Below are positions 18,923 through 27,451 of a DNA stretch of 64,000 bases, in pieces. The DNA is from a virus (taxonomy: Duplodnaviria; Caudoviricetes): IMG/VR virus record IMGVR_UViG_3300033142_001600, positions 715 to 64,714 of that record. The stretch is one strand, 5' to 3'. Both the position numbers and the translations under genes were made by a program. Every line of letters starts with the position of its first letter. Within the stretch, counting starts at the first letter, position 1. The notes beneath the pieces were generated by a model that was not told the DNA's origin, made no database searches, and was given only the letters and a program-made list of their open reading frames with translations.

Positions 18923-19674
18923 TGATTACAATAGCCGCATCAGGATATTTTGACCCAATACACTCTGGGCATGTAGAGTATTTAAAACTATCAAGAGAAC
19001 TAGGAGATATGCTTGTAGTAATTCTTAATAACCAGGAACAGTGTATTTTAAAGAAGGGCAAACCTTTTATGCCGCTCAAAGATAAGATAACTATTTTAGA
19101 AGAACTAAAATGTGTTGATAAAGTATTTATTTCTGTAGATAAAGATTCAACTGTCACAAAATCTTTGGAGTGTGTTATACCAGACATTTTTGCAAAAGGC
19201 GGAGATAGGTTTTCGTATGAAATACCTGAAGCTAATATATGTAAAAAACTAAACATTGAAATAGTTGATGGGGTTGGAGAAAAAACACAATCATCTTCAG
19301 GCTTGATAGCAGAAGCAACTCAACAAAAAACGGAAAGATGTTGGGGTTATTACTCTATACTGGCGGAAGGTAAAGGCTATAAAGTTAAATTATTAGAAAT
19401 AAGACAAGGAATGAGTATATCATTACAAAAACATAACCATAGATCTGAACATTGGGTGATAGTTAATGGCACAGCTACAGTAATAAATGTGGATAAACAA
19501 AGGATTATAGATCCTCCGTTATTGTTATATGCTAATCAATCTACATATATCCCAAAAAATACAATACATAAATTATCTAACCTCGGTAAAACACCTTTAA
19601 AAGTGATCGAGGTTCAATGTGGTGAATACTTGGAGGAAAACGATATTGAAAGATTTGAACCAAACAAAAAGTAA
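18922..19674 (+). CDS. cytidylyltransferase-like domain fused to mannose-6-P isomerase type II cupin
   Basis: SGYFDPIHSGH, FAKGGDR; C-terminal R.WG, SLQKH.HRSEHW, IEVQ.GEYLEE.DIER. Confidence 0.88.
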   Translation: MITIAASGYFDPIHSGHVEYLKLSRELGDMLVVILNNQEQCILKKGKPFMPLKDKITILEELKCVDKVFISVDKDSTVTKSLECVIPDIFAKGGDRFSYEIPEANICKKLNIEIVDGVGEKTQSSSGLIAEATQQKTERCWGYYSILAEGKGYKVKLLEIRQGMSISLQKHNHRSEHWVIVNGTATVINVDKQRIIDPPLLLYANQSTYIPKNTIHKLSNLGKTPLKVIEVQCGEYLEENDIERFEPNKK

Positions 19675-20275
19675 ATGGCCGAGTTTAAAATTAGAAAAAC
19701 AATTAAAAACTCAAGGCTTTAAAAAAATAATAGGAGTAGACGAGAACGGACGAGGAAGTTTGGCAGGCCCTGTAGTTTCCGCTGCTGTTTGTATTCCTGA
19801 AGGGTTCGACACCAGAGGAATAAGAGATTCAAAAAAGATGACAGCCTCTGCTAGAAAAAGACTATATGATAGAATAACTTCTAATTGTGAATATAGTATA
19901 GGTATGGCATCAGAGAAAATCGTAGATCAAATAAACATACAACAGGCAACACTGGTTGCTATGAAAAAAGCTATATTTGGAATAGAAGACGTTGACTTTG
20001 TTTTGGTAGACGGAAAATATATACCAAGTAAATTAGGTATAAATGCTAAAGCTGTTATAAAAGGTGACAACATTTCTGTCTCGGTTGCTGCAGCTTCTAT
20101 TGCGGGTAAGATTTTTCGAGATAATTTAATGAAGGTTTTACATGATTATTACCCAATGTATGGGTGGGATAAGAACTTTGGATATGGAACAGTTATTCAC
20201 AGAGAAGCTATAGAAAAATATGGACCTTGTGAATATCACAGAAAAACATTTAGAAAAGTAAAAGAATTTATATAA
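19619..20275 (+). CDS. rnhB: ribonuclease HII
   Basis: GVDE.GRGSLAGPV, DSKK, VDG, KGD, AAASI.GK..RD, GYGT, HR.TF. Confidence 0.95.
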   Translation: MVNTWRKTILKDLNQTKSKWPSLKLEKQLKTQGFKKIIGVDENGRGSLAGPVVSAAVCIPEGFDTRGIRDSKKMTASARKRLYDRITSNCEYSIGMASEKIVDQINIQQATLVAMKKAIFGIEDVDFVLVDGKYIPSKLGINAKAVIKGDNISVSVAAASIAGKIFRDNLMKVLHDYYPMYGWDKNFGYGTVIHREAIEKYGPCEYHRKTFRKVKEFI

Positions 20276-20290
20276 AGGAGATAAAATAAC

Positions 20291-20782
20291 ATGTATGATA
20301 AACCATCAGAACACGGATTATACTGGGCAAGAACTGCATATGCTAAAAAATGGAAATATATAATAAAAATCAAAGGAGAATCCCCTTTTTTAAATTATGT
20401 TGGATGGGATTTAAATTACCCATTACATGAACCTACAGTAGATAATAGTCTTGTTGGAGTTAATCCTACTAAATTTATATTTGGAAACAAAATAAACTGT
20501 GATTATGATTATTCAGATAATTGGAAAAATAAACAATCTCTTTCAAAAATGTTAATTGGTTTACAAAAAACAACTAACAAGATTATTATACAAAACGAGT
20601 GTCTCTACTGGGCAATTTCTAAATCTGAAGGTGATCCTCTATTAGTGTATATAAAAGGAACAGAACCCTATATGTCTTGTTTTATATGGAATATTTTATT
20701 TAATACAAGAAAACAGAAACTTGAGGGTAATGATTTAATATATTTAACTCAAATAGAGAAACCAAGAGATGAAGAAGAATAA
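20291..20782 (+). CDS. hypothetical protein with internal duplication
   Basis: two LYWA...IKG..P.....W units. Confidence 0.65.
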   Translation: MYDKPSEHGLYWARTAYAKKWKYIIKIKGESPFLNYVGWDLNYPLHEPTVDNSLVGVNPTKFIFGNKINCDYDYSDNWKNKQSLSKMLIGLQKTTNKIIIQNECLYWAISKSEGDPLLVYIKGTEPYMSCFIWNILFNTRKQKLEGNDLIYLTQIEKPRDEEE

Positions 20783-21108
20783 CGAAATAATATGTGCTGT
20801 ATGTGGTAAACATACAACAGAACATGGAGATGGTCTTAAAATTCCAAAAACAACATGTTTACGTTGTTATACTTATAGAATGAAACAAAACAAAATAGAC
20901 AAGGAATTAGAAAAACAAAAGGACAAAAAACGATGTGGCTAGATCCTGATGCAGATGGTTGTGTGTTTGATACTGTAGATTGCTATCACAACTGTGATGG
21001 ATGTAAATATGGTATTGTAACCTGTAGTGGATGTGGTAACAAAATTGACTGGGACGAAGATTACTGTTTAGATTGTGGTTTAAAAAAACCAGAAGGATAT
21101 TAATTTAT

Positions 21109-21124
21109 TGGCACAGTTATTGCA
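21109..21124 (+). promoter_or_regulatory. sigma54-type promoter motif preceding long non-coding region
   Basis: TGGCACAGTTATTGCA. Confidence 0.8.
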
Positions 21125-21139
21125 TGTATAACTAGTTCA

Positions 21140-21600
21140 TAGAAATGAAATATAACAATCGACCTCAGCAAACCAGAGGATGATTAGTTGTTGCTTTAAT
21201 TAATTTTATACGCCGAATTAAAATTTAAACAACTAATTATGATTGGTCAGGCCCCACAGCCAGCCTGCCGAGAATAGGTTAGTTTCTAAGAATTCTCCAG
21301 TATAAACCTGGGGAGTTAGTTTACTCTTTGATGGATTGTTTTTTAATCCTGTTGCTCCACAACTGTAGATTTTAATAAAGTTTGATTTTAGTGAAGTCTA
21401 GGGGGTTATTTAGGAATTACTTAATTGTAATGGCGTATCAAGGCAGACGAAGAGGCGCATTTCTTAAATAGTCGAATATGTCCGAAAGTGTAATAAAACA
21501 CTTTACACTGACCCTTTCCCAGCCCAGTACAAGTTTATTGTGCTGGACTGGGAGGGGTCTATCAATTGAACCGAAGTGTAATGCTTAAGAACATATGTTA
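21140..21600 (+). ncRNA. putative large structured ncRNA
   Basis: ~450 nt without an ORF in the track; multiple long stems, e.g. GACCCTTTCCCAGCCCAGTACAA/TTGTGCTGGACTGGGAGGGGTC. Confidence 0.55.
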
Positions 21601-21656
21601 AATCTAATACTAAAAAATGTTAAATCTAATATTAAAAAGTGTTAAATCTTAAAAAG
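21596..21656. repeat. 22-bp-period tandem repeat (~2.7 copies)
   Basis: TGTTAAATCTAATAYTAAAAAR at 21596 and 21618, partial at 21640. Confidence 0.8.
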
Positions 21657-21824
21657 AGCGAATTTGATAAAATTTAATAAACACATATCAAATTTGATCA
21701 AGTAAAGAACATTGAAGAGTTGAATAATTAACCAACTTATCGTTAATATAGTAGAGATTATAGTTCAATAGACTTTAAAACAAAATACAGGGTAATAGTC
21801 TAAGACCCTTAAAAGGAGAGTACA

Positions 21825-22598
21825 ATGTATTCAAACAAGTTAATCGTAGCACTAAAACACAAAGGTAAAATTTTAAGAGAACGTTCAGGTTTTGTATCCC
21901 TTCCATTTAATTCTGAGTATTCATTACTTGTAAAAAATCTCAATACCAGAAAAGTATCAGTTAATATTTCTATAGATAGTGAGGATGTTCTTAACAGCAA
22001 CTCTTTATTAGTTTATCCTGATTCTGAAACAGAACTGAAAGGTTTTATGGATGGTATGACAGCTAAGAATAAGTTTAAGTTTATCCAAAAAACAAAAAAA
22101 ATAAGTGATTATAGAGGAGACAAAATAGACGATGGATTAATCAGAGTAGAGTTTGCATTTGAAAAAGAAAAACCTGAGATAGTTCATAACCATCACGTAT
22201 GCCATAATAAAGATGCTTGGTATTGGTCTCAAATTCCTCGGAGATTATATCGTCATAGAGAGCCTCTTTGGTCAAACAGTAGTGTAAAATGTAGTTTTAA
22301 TTCTGGTAATAACGCTGCGGATGTTATGGAATCAAATACTTTATATAGTAATAATTCTTTTAATGATGATGGAATAACAGTAAAAGGTTCCGAAATAAAC
22401 CAAGATTTTAATTATGGTAATATTGATGAATTAGAACAAAGCAATGTAATGATTATTAAATTGCGTGGTGAAGAAAATAGTGGAACACTTGTTAGAAAAC
22501 CTGTGACAGTCAGAACTAAGCTAGTTTGTTCAACATGTGGAAAGAAATCAAGATCTGATTTAAAATATTGTTCTAGATGCGGAACGTTTTTAAATTAA
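21825..22598 (+). CDS. hypothetical protein with C-terminal Zn-ribbon
   Basis: AGGAG RBS; CSTCG...CSRCG. Confidence 0.75.
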   Translation: MYSNKLIVALKHKGKILRERSGFVSLPFNSEYSLLVKNLNTRKVSVNISIDSEDVLNSNSLLVYPDSETELKGFMDGMTAKNKFKFIQKTKKISDYRGDKIDDGLIRVEFAFEKEKPEIVHNHHVCHNKDAWYWSQIPRRLYRHREPLWSNSSVKCSFNSGNNAADVMESNTLYSNNSFNDDGITVKGSEINQDFNYGNIDELEQSNVMIIKLRGEENSGTLVRKPVTVRTKLVCSTCGKKSRSDLKYCSRCGTFLN

Positions 22599-22619
22599 AA
22601 ACGATAGGAGATGATAAAT

Positions 22620-22754
22620 ATGCCTAAAAGAGATGGAACAGGTCCTTCTAGTAAAAGTAGAGGACCACGAAACGGTCAGGGTGGGAGTAAAGGTCGAAAT
22701 AATAGAGGAGGTCTTGGCTCTAGATCCGGGGGTAGAAAAGGTAACTGTAAGTAA
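22620..22754 (+). CDS. Gly/Arg-rich small protein, DUF5320-like (not in ORF track)
   Basis: AGGAG RBS; MPKRDGTGP N-terminus. Confidence 0.65.
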   Translation: MPKRDGTGPSSKSRGPRNGQGGSKGRNNRGGLGSRSGGRKGNCK

Positions 22755-22763
22755 AATAAGATT

Positions 22764-22779
22764 TGGCATAGAAATTGCA
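22764..22779 (+). promoter_or_regulatory. sigma54-type promoter motif
   Basis: TGGCATAGAAATTGCA. Confidence 0.78.
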
Positions 22780-22781
22780 AT

Positions 22782-22813
22782 ACCTCTTAGCATATATTGT
22801 TAAGAGGTTTTTT
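22782..22813 (+). terminator. intrinsic terminator overlapping the predicted start of the next transcript
   Basis: ACCTCTTAGCA-TATAT-TGTTAAGAGGT followed by T-tract. Confidence 0.7.
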
Positions 22814-23090
22814 CATTTTAAGGAGTGTATATAATGATATTAATTTTTGAACAAGATACAAGAACGTTTATTAGTGGAAACACACATTTTTATTGTTTCT
22901 TAAAAAGTTATGACTTTGTTTGGAAACCTTTATTTTCTAAAAAGGAATGGGAAAAAGGTAAGCACACACGGAAAATAAGCTGGGGTATTTGGAGTTTATC
23001 ATATTACCCTGAAAAAAATTTAGATAGTTTTTTTGAAAGTGTAACTAAAAAAAATACAAGGCGATACTACGGACGGGCATACTAAAATCT

Positions 23091-23106
23091 TGGCATAAAA
23101 CATGCA
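23091..23106 (+). promoter_or_regulatory. sigma54-type promoter motif
   Basis: TGGCATAAAACATGCA. Confidence 0.7.
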
Positions 23107-23130
23107 AGTACTTATTAGAAGAGGTGAAAC

Positions 23131-23889
23131 ATGGAAAAAGAAACCATTATAGAAAATAAAGATGAAGAAAAAGAAGAACTATTATGTTTACTTGATTCCT
23201 CATATCCGTTACTTCAAAGGTTTAGAGATGCTTGTTCAGGTACTTATAAACATTCTCAGGCTGTGTCAGCTATGATTGAAAGCGTAAGTGTTGCCCTTAA
23301 GTTAGATGTTACGTTTATGAAGGTTGTAGCGATGTATCACGATATAGGTAAAATTAATAACCCTAAATTTTTTACAGAAAATCAATTAGAGAAAGATATT
23401 GATCCACACGAGCATTTAGATCCTTGGATAAGTTCTCAAATTATTTCTCGTCACGTTTCTGATTCTGTAAATATTTTACTAAACGATAAACATTTTTCTA
23501 GAAGAATGATAGAAATAATTAGTCAGCATCATGGAACTTCTGTAATTAAATATTTTTTTGATAGAGCAGAAAATAAAGAAGAAAAAGATTATAGATATAA
23601 ATGTACAAAACCTGATTCTATAGAGGCGGCTGTTTTAATGGTTTGTGATCGTTTAGAAGCCATGACAAGGTCACTAGTTCAAAATAATAAATATAGTAAT
23701 GATCCAATAGAAGTAGTAAATGATGTTATTAATGAATTATTAGAAGATGAACAGTTAGACGAGGTAACAATTAAACTTGGAGATTTAAAAAAGTTTAAAA
23801 CAGTATTAAACAAAGAATTAGAAGGAATGTATAGCAAAAGAATAGATTATGATAAATCTGATGGTGTAAAAAATGGTAAAGAAAACTAA
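23131..23889 (+). CDS. stand-alone HDIG domain of PgpH/7TM-HD family (cyclic-dinucleotide phosphodiesterase-like)
   Basis: PLL......GTY.HS, YHDIGK...P.FF.ENQ, PH, HV, QHHGT, YRY...KP...EAA.LM..D..EA..RS. Confidence 0.85.
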   Translation: MEKETIIENKDEEKEELLCLLDSSYPLLQRFRDACSGTYKHSQAVSAMIESVSVALKLDVTFMKVVAMYHDIGKINNPKFFTENQLEKDIDPHEHLDPWISSQIISRHVSDSVNILLNDKHFSRRMIEIISQHHGTSVIKYFFDRAENKEEKDYRYKCTKPDSIEAAVLMVCDRLEAMTRSLVQNNKYSNDPIEVVNDVINELLEDEQLDEVTIKLGDLKKFKTVLNKELEGMYSKRIDYDKSDGVKNGKEN

Positions 23890-24478
23890 TATAGCTTTTG
23901 ATATAGATAACGTTGTGTTGGACTTTGCTGAATGTTTTTTAAAAACAGCAAAGGAAAAATTTAAATTATTAAAAAATGTAGAATTATTTAATATAACTCG
24001 TTATCAGTTTTATGAATGCTTAGATATTTCTTATAAGGAATGTTTTGAAGTTGTTGACTATGTTTTAGACAACCCTTTTGAGTGTAAAATAAAAGCAGTG
24101 CCTGGAGCAGTAGAAAGTTTAACTCGTTTATCGAGATCTATGGGCTTAATTTTTGTAACTGCAAGAAAAGAAAAATTTAAAAAAACAACAAAAGAATCAT
24201 TATACTCTATATTACCAAATGTTAGCAAAGATAAAATCATAATTAAACACTGTAAAGGTAGTGAGAAATATATAATATTAAATAAATTAGGAATTGATTT
24301 TTTTATAGATGATCGTTCAAGAAATGTTCGTATTTTAAATAAAAAAGGAATTAAAACTTTTTTAATTAATAAGCCCTGGAACGCTAAAACGAGACCAGGT
24401 GATTCTTTTACAAGAATTGATACATGGAAAGAAATATCTAATTTAACAAAGGAGATACACAGTGGTAAAGCTATCTGA
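23873..24478 (+). CDS. HAD-family 5'(3')-nucleotidase-like phosphatase
   Basis: DIDNV, VTAR, K, FIDD, PWN motifs. Confidence 0.85.
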   Translation: MVKKTNIAFDIDNVVLDFAECFLKTAKEKFKLLKNVELFNITRYQFYECLDISYKECFEVVDYVLDNPFECKIKAVPGAVESLTRLSRSMGLIFVTARKEKFKKTTKESLYSILPNVSKDKIIIKHCKGSEKYIILNKLGIDFFIDDRSRNVRILNKKGIKTFLINKPWNAKTRPGDSFTRIDTWKEISNLTKEIHSGKAI

Positions 24479-25151
24479 TTTTCCTAAAATACAATGTCCA
24501 TTCCGCCGAAAAAATTTTAAGGTAAATGTGGAGGATTGGAGAAAGTATGGAAGAGAACTACAGTTGCGAACTCCAGAAGTGTATTTGGTAGTTAATGAAA
24601 TTAATCCTGGATATGAGTGGGTATTTGAGAGTGCCAATACCATCTGTACTGAAAAGCTGGATGGAACAAATGTCAAATTGTTAACTAAAAACGGTAGGTT
24701 AGAGGCAGTCCAGAATAGGAAAACTCCTATTGATCTTTTACAAATCATTAAAGGAAAAAATTTTATAATGGAAGGGGTTTTCCAGGCGATAGGTAAAGGG
24801 TATGTAAAGTTTGATGGAGAACAAGCGGGCGAGTTAATCGGGAAAAAATTACAAGGAAATCCTTATAAATTAGATACACACTTATGGTATCCGTTTGAAA
24901 AATGTATAAATCATTTAAGATATAAATCATTTCATGAGCATAAAAGAACATTTGACAACTGGAGTATGTGGTTTGAAAATTACTTAGTATCGCTTTTCGC
25001 TTCTAAGCGGGGCAATAAAGATGTATTTGCAGAAGGTGTTGTATTCTATAACTTAAAAAGAAGAGCAGAAGGAAAATCCTATACGGCAAAGATTCGTCGA
25101 GATATGTGGGAGTGGTTTTATTCAGATAAAATAGAAATATATAGGAGCTAA
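24462..25151 (+). CDS. RNA ligase-like nucleotidyltransferase
   Basis: TEKLDGTN motif I, GELIG.K.QGNPY, EGVV, AKIRR. Confidence 0.8.
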   Translation: MVKLSDFPKIQCPFRRKNFKVNVEDWRKYGRELQLRTPEVYLVVNEINPGYEWVFESANTICTEKLDGTNVKLLTKNGRLEAVQNRKTPIDLLQIIKGKNFIMEGVFQAIGKGYVKFDGEQAGELIGKKLQGNPYKLDTHLWYPFEKCINHLRYKSFHEHKRTFDNWSMWFENYLVSLFASKRGNKDVFAEGVVFYNLKRRAEGKSYTAKIRRDMWEWFYSDKIEIYRS

Positions 25152-25154
25152 TTA

Positions 25155-25727
25155 ATGTCTGATACAGGAATTTATTGGAAGGATGGTTGTGTGATAGCTG
25201 AAAGTGGCGATGTTAAAGTATACCAAACAAATTATGATTCATTTTTAGAAATTGGGCCAGCTCATACGTTGTGGGCGATGGGATCTGAAATTAAAGATTA
25301 TGAAAACCAACTTGGTAATCGCCCATTTGGAAATGTTTTGGAGATTGGGCTTGGCTTAGGTGTTGCAAGTAAGTATTTGTTATCGCTTGATAGAGTTAAA
25401 TCATTAACGACGATAGAGGCCAATGCGGGTGTTATAAAAGCATTTAATTATCTTAACATTCAATTAGATGAAAAACACGTAATATTTAATCTAGAAGGGT
25501 TAGACTACGTGAAGAGTATGGGTAACTATTTATACGATTTTATTTTTCTTGATTATTATACCTTGTTGGATGAAGAGACTCTACCAGATATAGAAGTAAT
25601 GGTACATTGGTGTAAAAAAATACTTAAGCCTGGTGGAAAGATCGTAGGATGGTATGATCGATTTACTCCTGATAATTTTACTGATTGGTTTAATGAAATA
25701 TTTGATTGTAATATGGTGTCAGAATGA
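25155..25727 (+). CDS. class I SAM-dependent methyltransferase-like protein
   Basis: VLEIGLGLG, TTIE, YDFIFLD, LKPGG. Confidence 0.8.
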   Translation: MSDTGIYWKDGCVIAESGDVKVYQTNYDSFLEIGPAHTLWAMGSEIKDYENQLGNRPFGNVLEIGLGLGVASKYLLSLDRVKSLTTIEANAGVIKAFNYLNIQLDEKHVIFNLEGLDYVKSMGNYLYDFIFLDYYTLLDEETLPDIEVMVHWCKKILKPGGKIVGWYDRFTPDNFTDWFNEIFDCNMVSE

Positions 25728-25937
25728 AAAAATTTAAGAAAGCAGTAGAAACTCATATAAAAAGTTTAGAGCTTGAACGAACTCTTTATGAAGTTAGATT
25801 AAAAGATTATCCTAAATCTTCATTTATGTATAAAGGTCTGTTTTTTGTAATAAAATGGTTAGAATTTAAAATAACTATTTGGGAAGTTTTCAATGGCATT
25901 TTGTTTAGCAGATAATTTTTATTTGGCTTAAATTTTT

Positions 25938-26234
25938 TTAAGTAAAAGTATAGTATCTATCTATTTTTTTTATTATGGTATGAAATGGTAAGTTTTCTTT
26001 ATATTTCTCAAGTTGATCAATCAGCACACTTGATCCTGTAAAAACTATATAATTAATATCATTTATCTTAAACTGAATAGTAGCATACAAAGAGTCCTGT
26101 TTCTTTTTGCTTTCCTTTACTTTGAAATCCAAAATAAGAATTTCCTGATTCAAGATATTTTCAATTTTTTTCTTATCGCCATCAAAAGCTTTTGTTTTTT
26201 CTGCAAAGTCTGAGAATTTTGGATATTCAGTCAT
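25938..26234 (-). CDS. small protein coupled to DGR RT (candidate accessory factor)
   Basis: overlaps RT stop; KFSDF...G.K..I..ILN.EI...FTGS.VL..QL....PF.T.I pattern recalled from genes next to phage DGR RTs. Confidence 0.75.
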   Translation of the reverse strand: MTEYPKFSDFAEKTKAFDGDKKKIENILNQEILILDFKVKESKKKQDSLYATIQFKINDINYIVFTGSSVLIDQLEKYKENLPFHTIIKKIDRYYTFT

Positions 26235-27285
26235 TAGTGTACCCCAAAGGATTATGAAGCTTATTTACTATACAAACATTGCCCACAATTTTTTTAATAT
26301 CATAATCAATATATAGTTTTTTCAATTTATAGCAATTTGCATATTTCATCCATCCCCAATAACTCATAATTCCGCTTAAGATGTTTATCGGAGTTAATGA
26401 ATAATATCTTTTTTTAATATAATTTATTCTTTGTTTAAATCTAACAGCTGTCCTCTTTCTTAAAAGAGTATAATCATGAAAAAACCGATAACCAAGAAAG
26501 TCTATTCCTCTTTTATCAATTGGAAATATTTGCCAATTAGTCTTTAACACAAGATTCAGATTAATATGTAGATAGTTAGATATTTCTTTTCTCAGCTCAC
26601 TTAAGTATTTTTTATCAGAATGCAATACACAAACGTCGTCGCAGTAGCGAAATGTGTATTTGCATCTTTTTTGTTCTTTTAGCCAATGATCTAATCCCGA
26701 CAAGTACAAATTACCAAAGTATTGGCTCAAGTAATTTCCGATAGGTACACCGCTTGCCGAATCAATAATAAGATCCAGTAGCCAAAGAACATTCTTATCC
26801 TTGATTTTTTTTCCGATGACTCTTTTTAAAATACCATGATCAACAGATGGGTAAAACTTGCGTATATCCATTTTAAGACAATATTTTGTATTTTCTCTGT
26901 CTTTAAGGGCTTTCTTAATTCGCTTAACGCCTTTATGAATTCCTCTGTTTTTTAATGATGAATAAGTATCTGTAATCAGTGTTTTTATCAATATAGGTTC
27001 TAATATGTTCATAATACAATGATGAATAATCCGATCAGGAAAGTAAGGGAGTTTGAAGATTTCTCTTTCTTTACCTTTATCTTTTTTTGTAAATACTTGA
27101 TACTCGGAGTTATGAAAGGTCTTATTTTTCAACATATTGTGAATTTTCATAAAATATTTTTCTGGATCAGCTTCTACCATTTTAACTTCCGAATAATGAG
27201 ATTTGCCTTTCTTGGCATTTTTATGCGCTAACCTGATGTTTTCGATGTCATACATTTTATGATATAAGTTTCCGTATCTTTTCAT
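26227..27285 (-). CDS. DGR reverse transcriptase
   Basis: MKRYGNL start, K.REI..LP..PDRI.HH, LKMDIRKFYPS, GVPIGNYLSQ (DGR SQ motif), RYCDD, GIDFLGY. Confidence 0.95.
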   Translation of the reverse strand: MKRYGNLYHKMYDIENIRLAHKNAKKGKSHYSEVKMVEADPEKYFMKIHNMLKNKTFHNSEYQVFTKKDKGKEREIFKLPYFPDRIIHHCIMNILEPILIKTLITDTYSSLKNRGIHKGVKRIKKALKDRENTKYCLKMDIRKFYPSVDHGILKRVIGKKIKDKNVLWLLDLIIDSASGVPIGNYLSQYFGNLYLSGLDHWLKEQKRCKYTFRYCDDVCVLHSDKKYLSELRKEISNYLHINLNLVLKTNWQIFPIDKRGIDFLGYRFFHDYTLLRKRTAVRFKQRINYIKKRYYSLTPINILSGIMSYWGWMKYANCYKLKKLYIDYDIKKIVGNVCIVNKLHNPLGYTND

Positions 27286-27451
27286 TTGTCTTGTTTTATC
27301 TCAGAGTCTTCAATTTCTTTACCAACACTTATGAGATTTATTTTATATTTTAGCAAGAGCTAAGGTTATCATAATTTAATACTTTAAAACAAGATAACTG
27401 GCCTGCGATATTCTGATTAGTGTTACCTGACGAATTATTCAGATTCCAATA
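27286..27451 (-). ncRNA. 3' part of DGR template repeat plus spacer
   Basis: six AAY codons in 57 nt (27395-27451), then ACCTTAGCTCTTGCTAAAA...GTGTTGGTA...GAAGACTC before the RT ATG. Confidence 0.7.

Noticed and set aside
21125-21600. tmRNA or self-splicing intron
   Set aside because: No tRNA-like ends, no GACUA partner for the TAGTC segment, no domain V, and no interrupted host gene
26227-27285. RT as group II intron, retron or Abi type
   Set aside because: Short length, SQ motif, no maturase/endonuclease domain and an adjacent CLec target indicate DGR class
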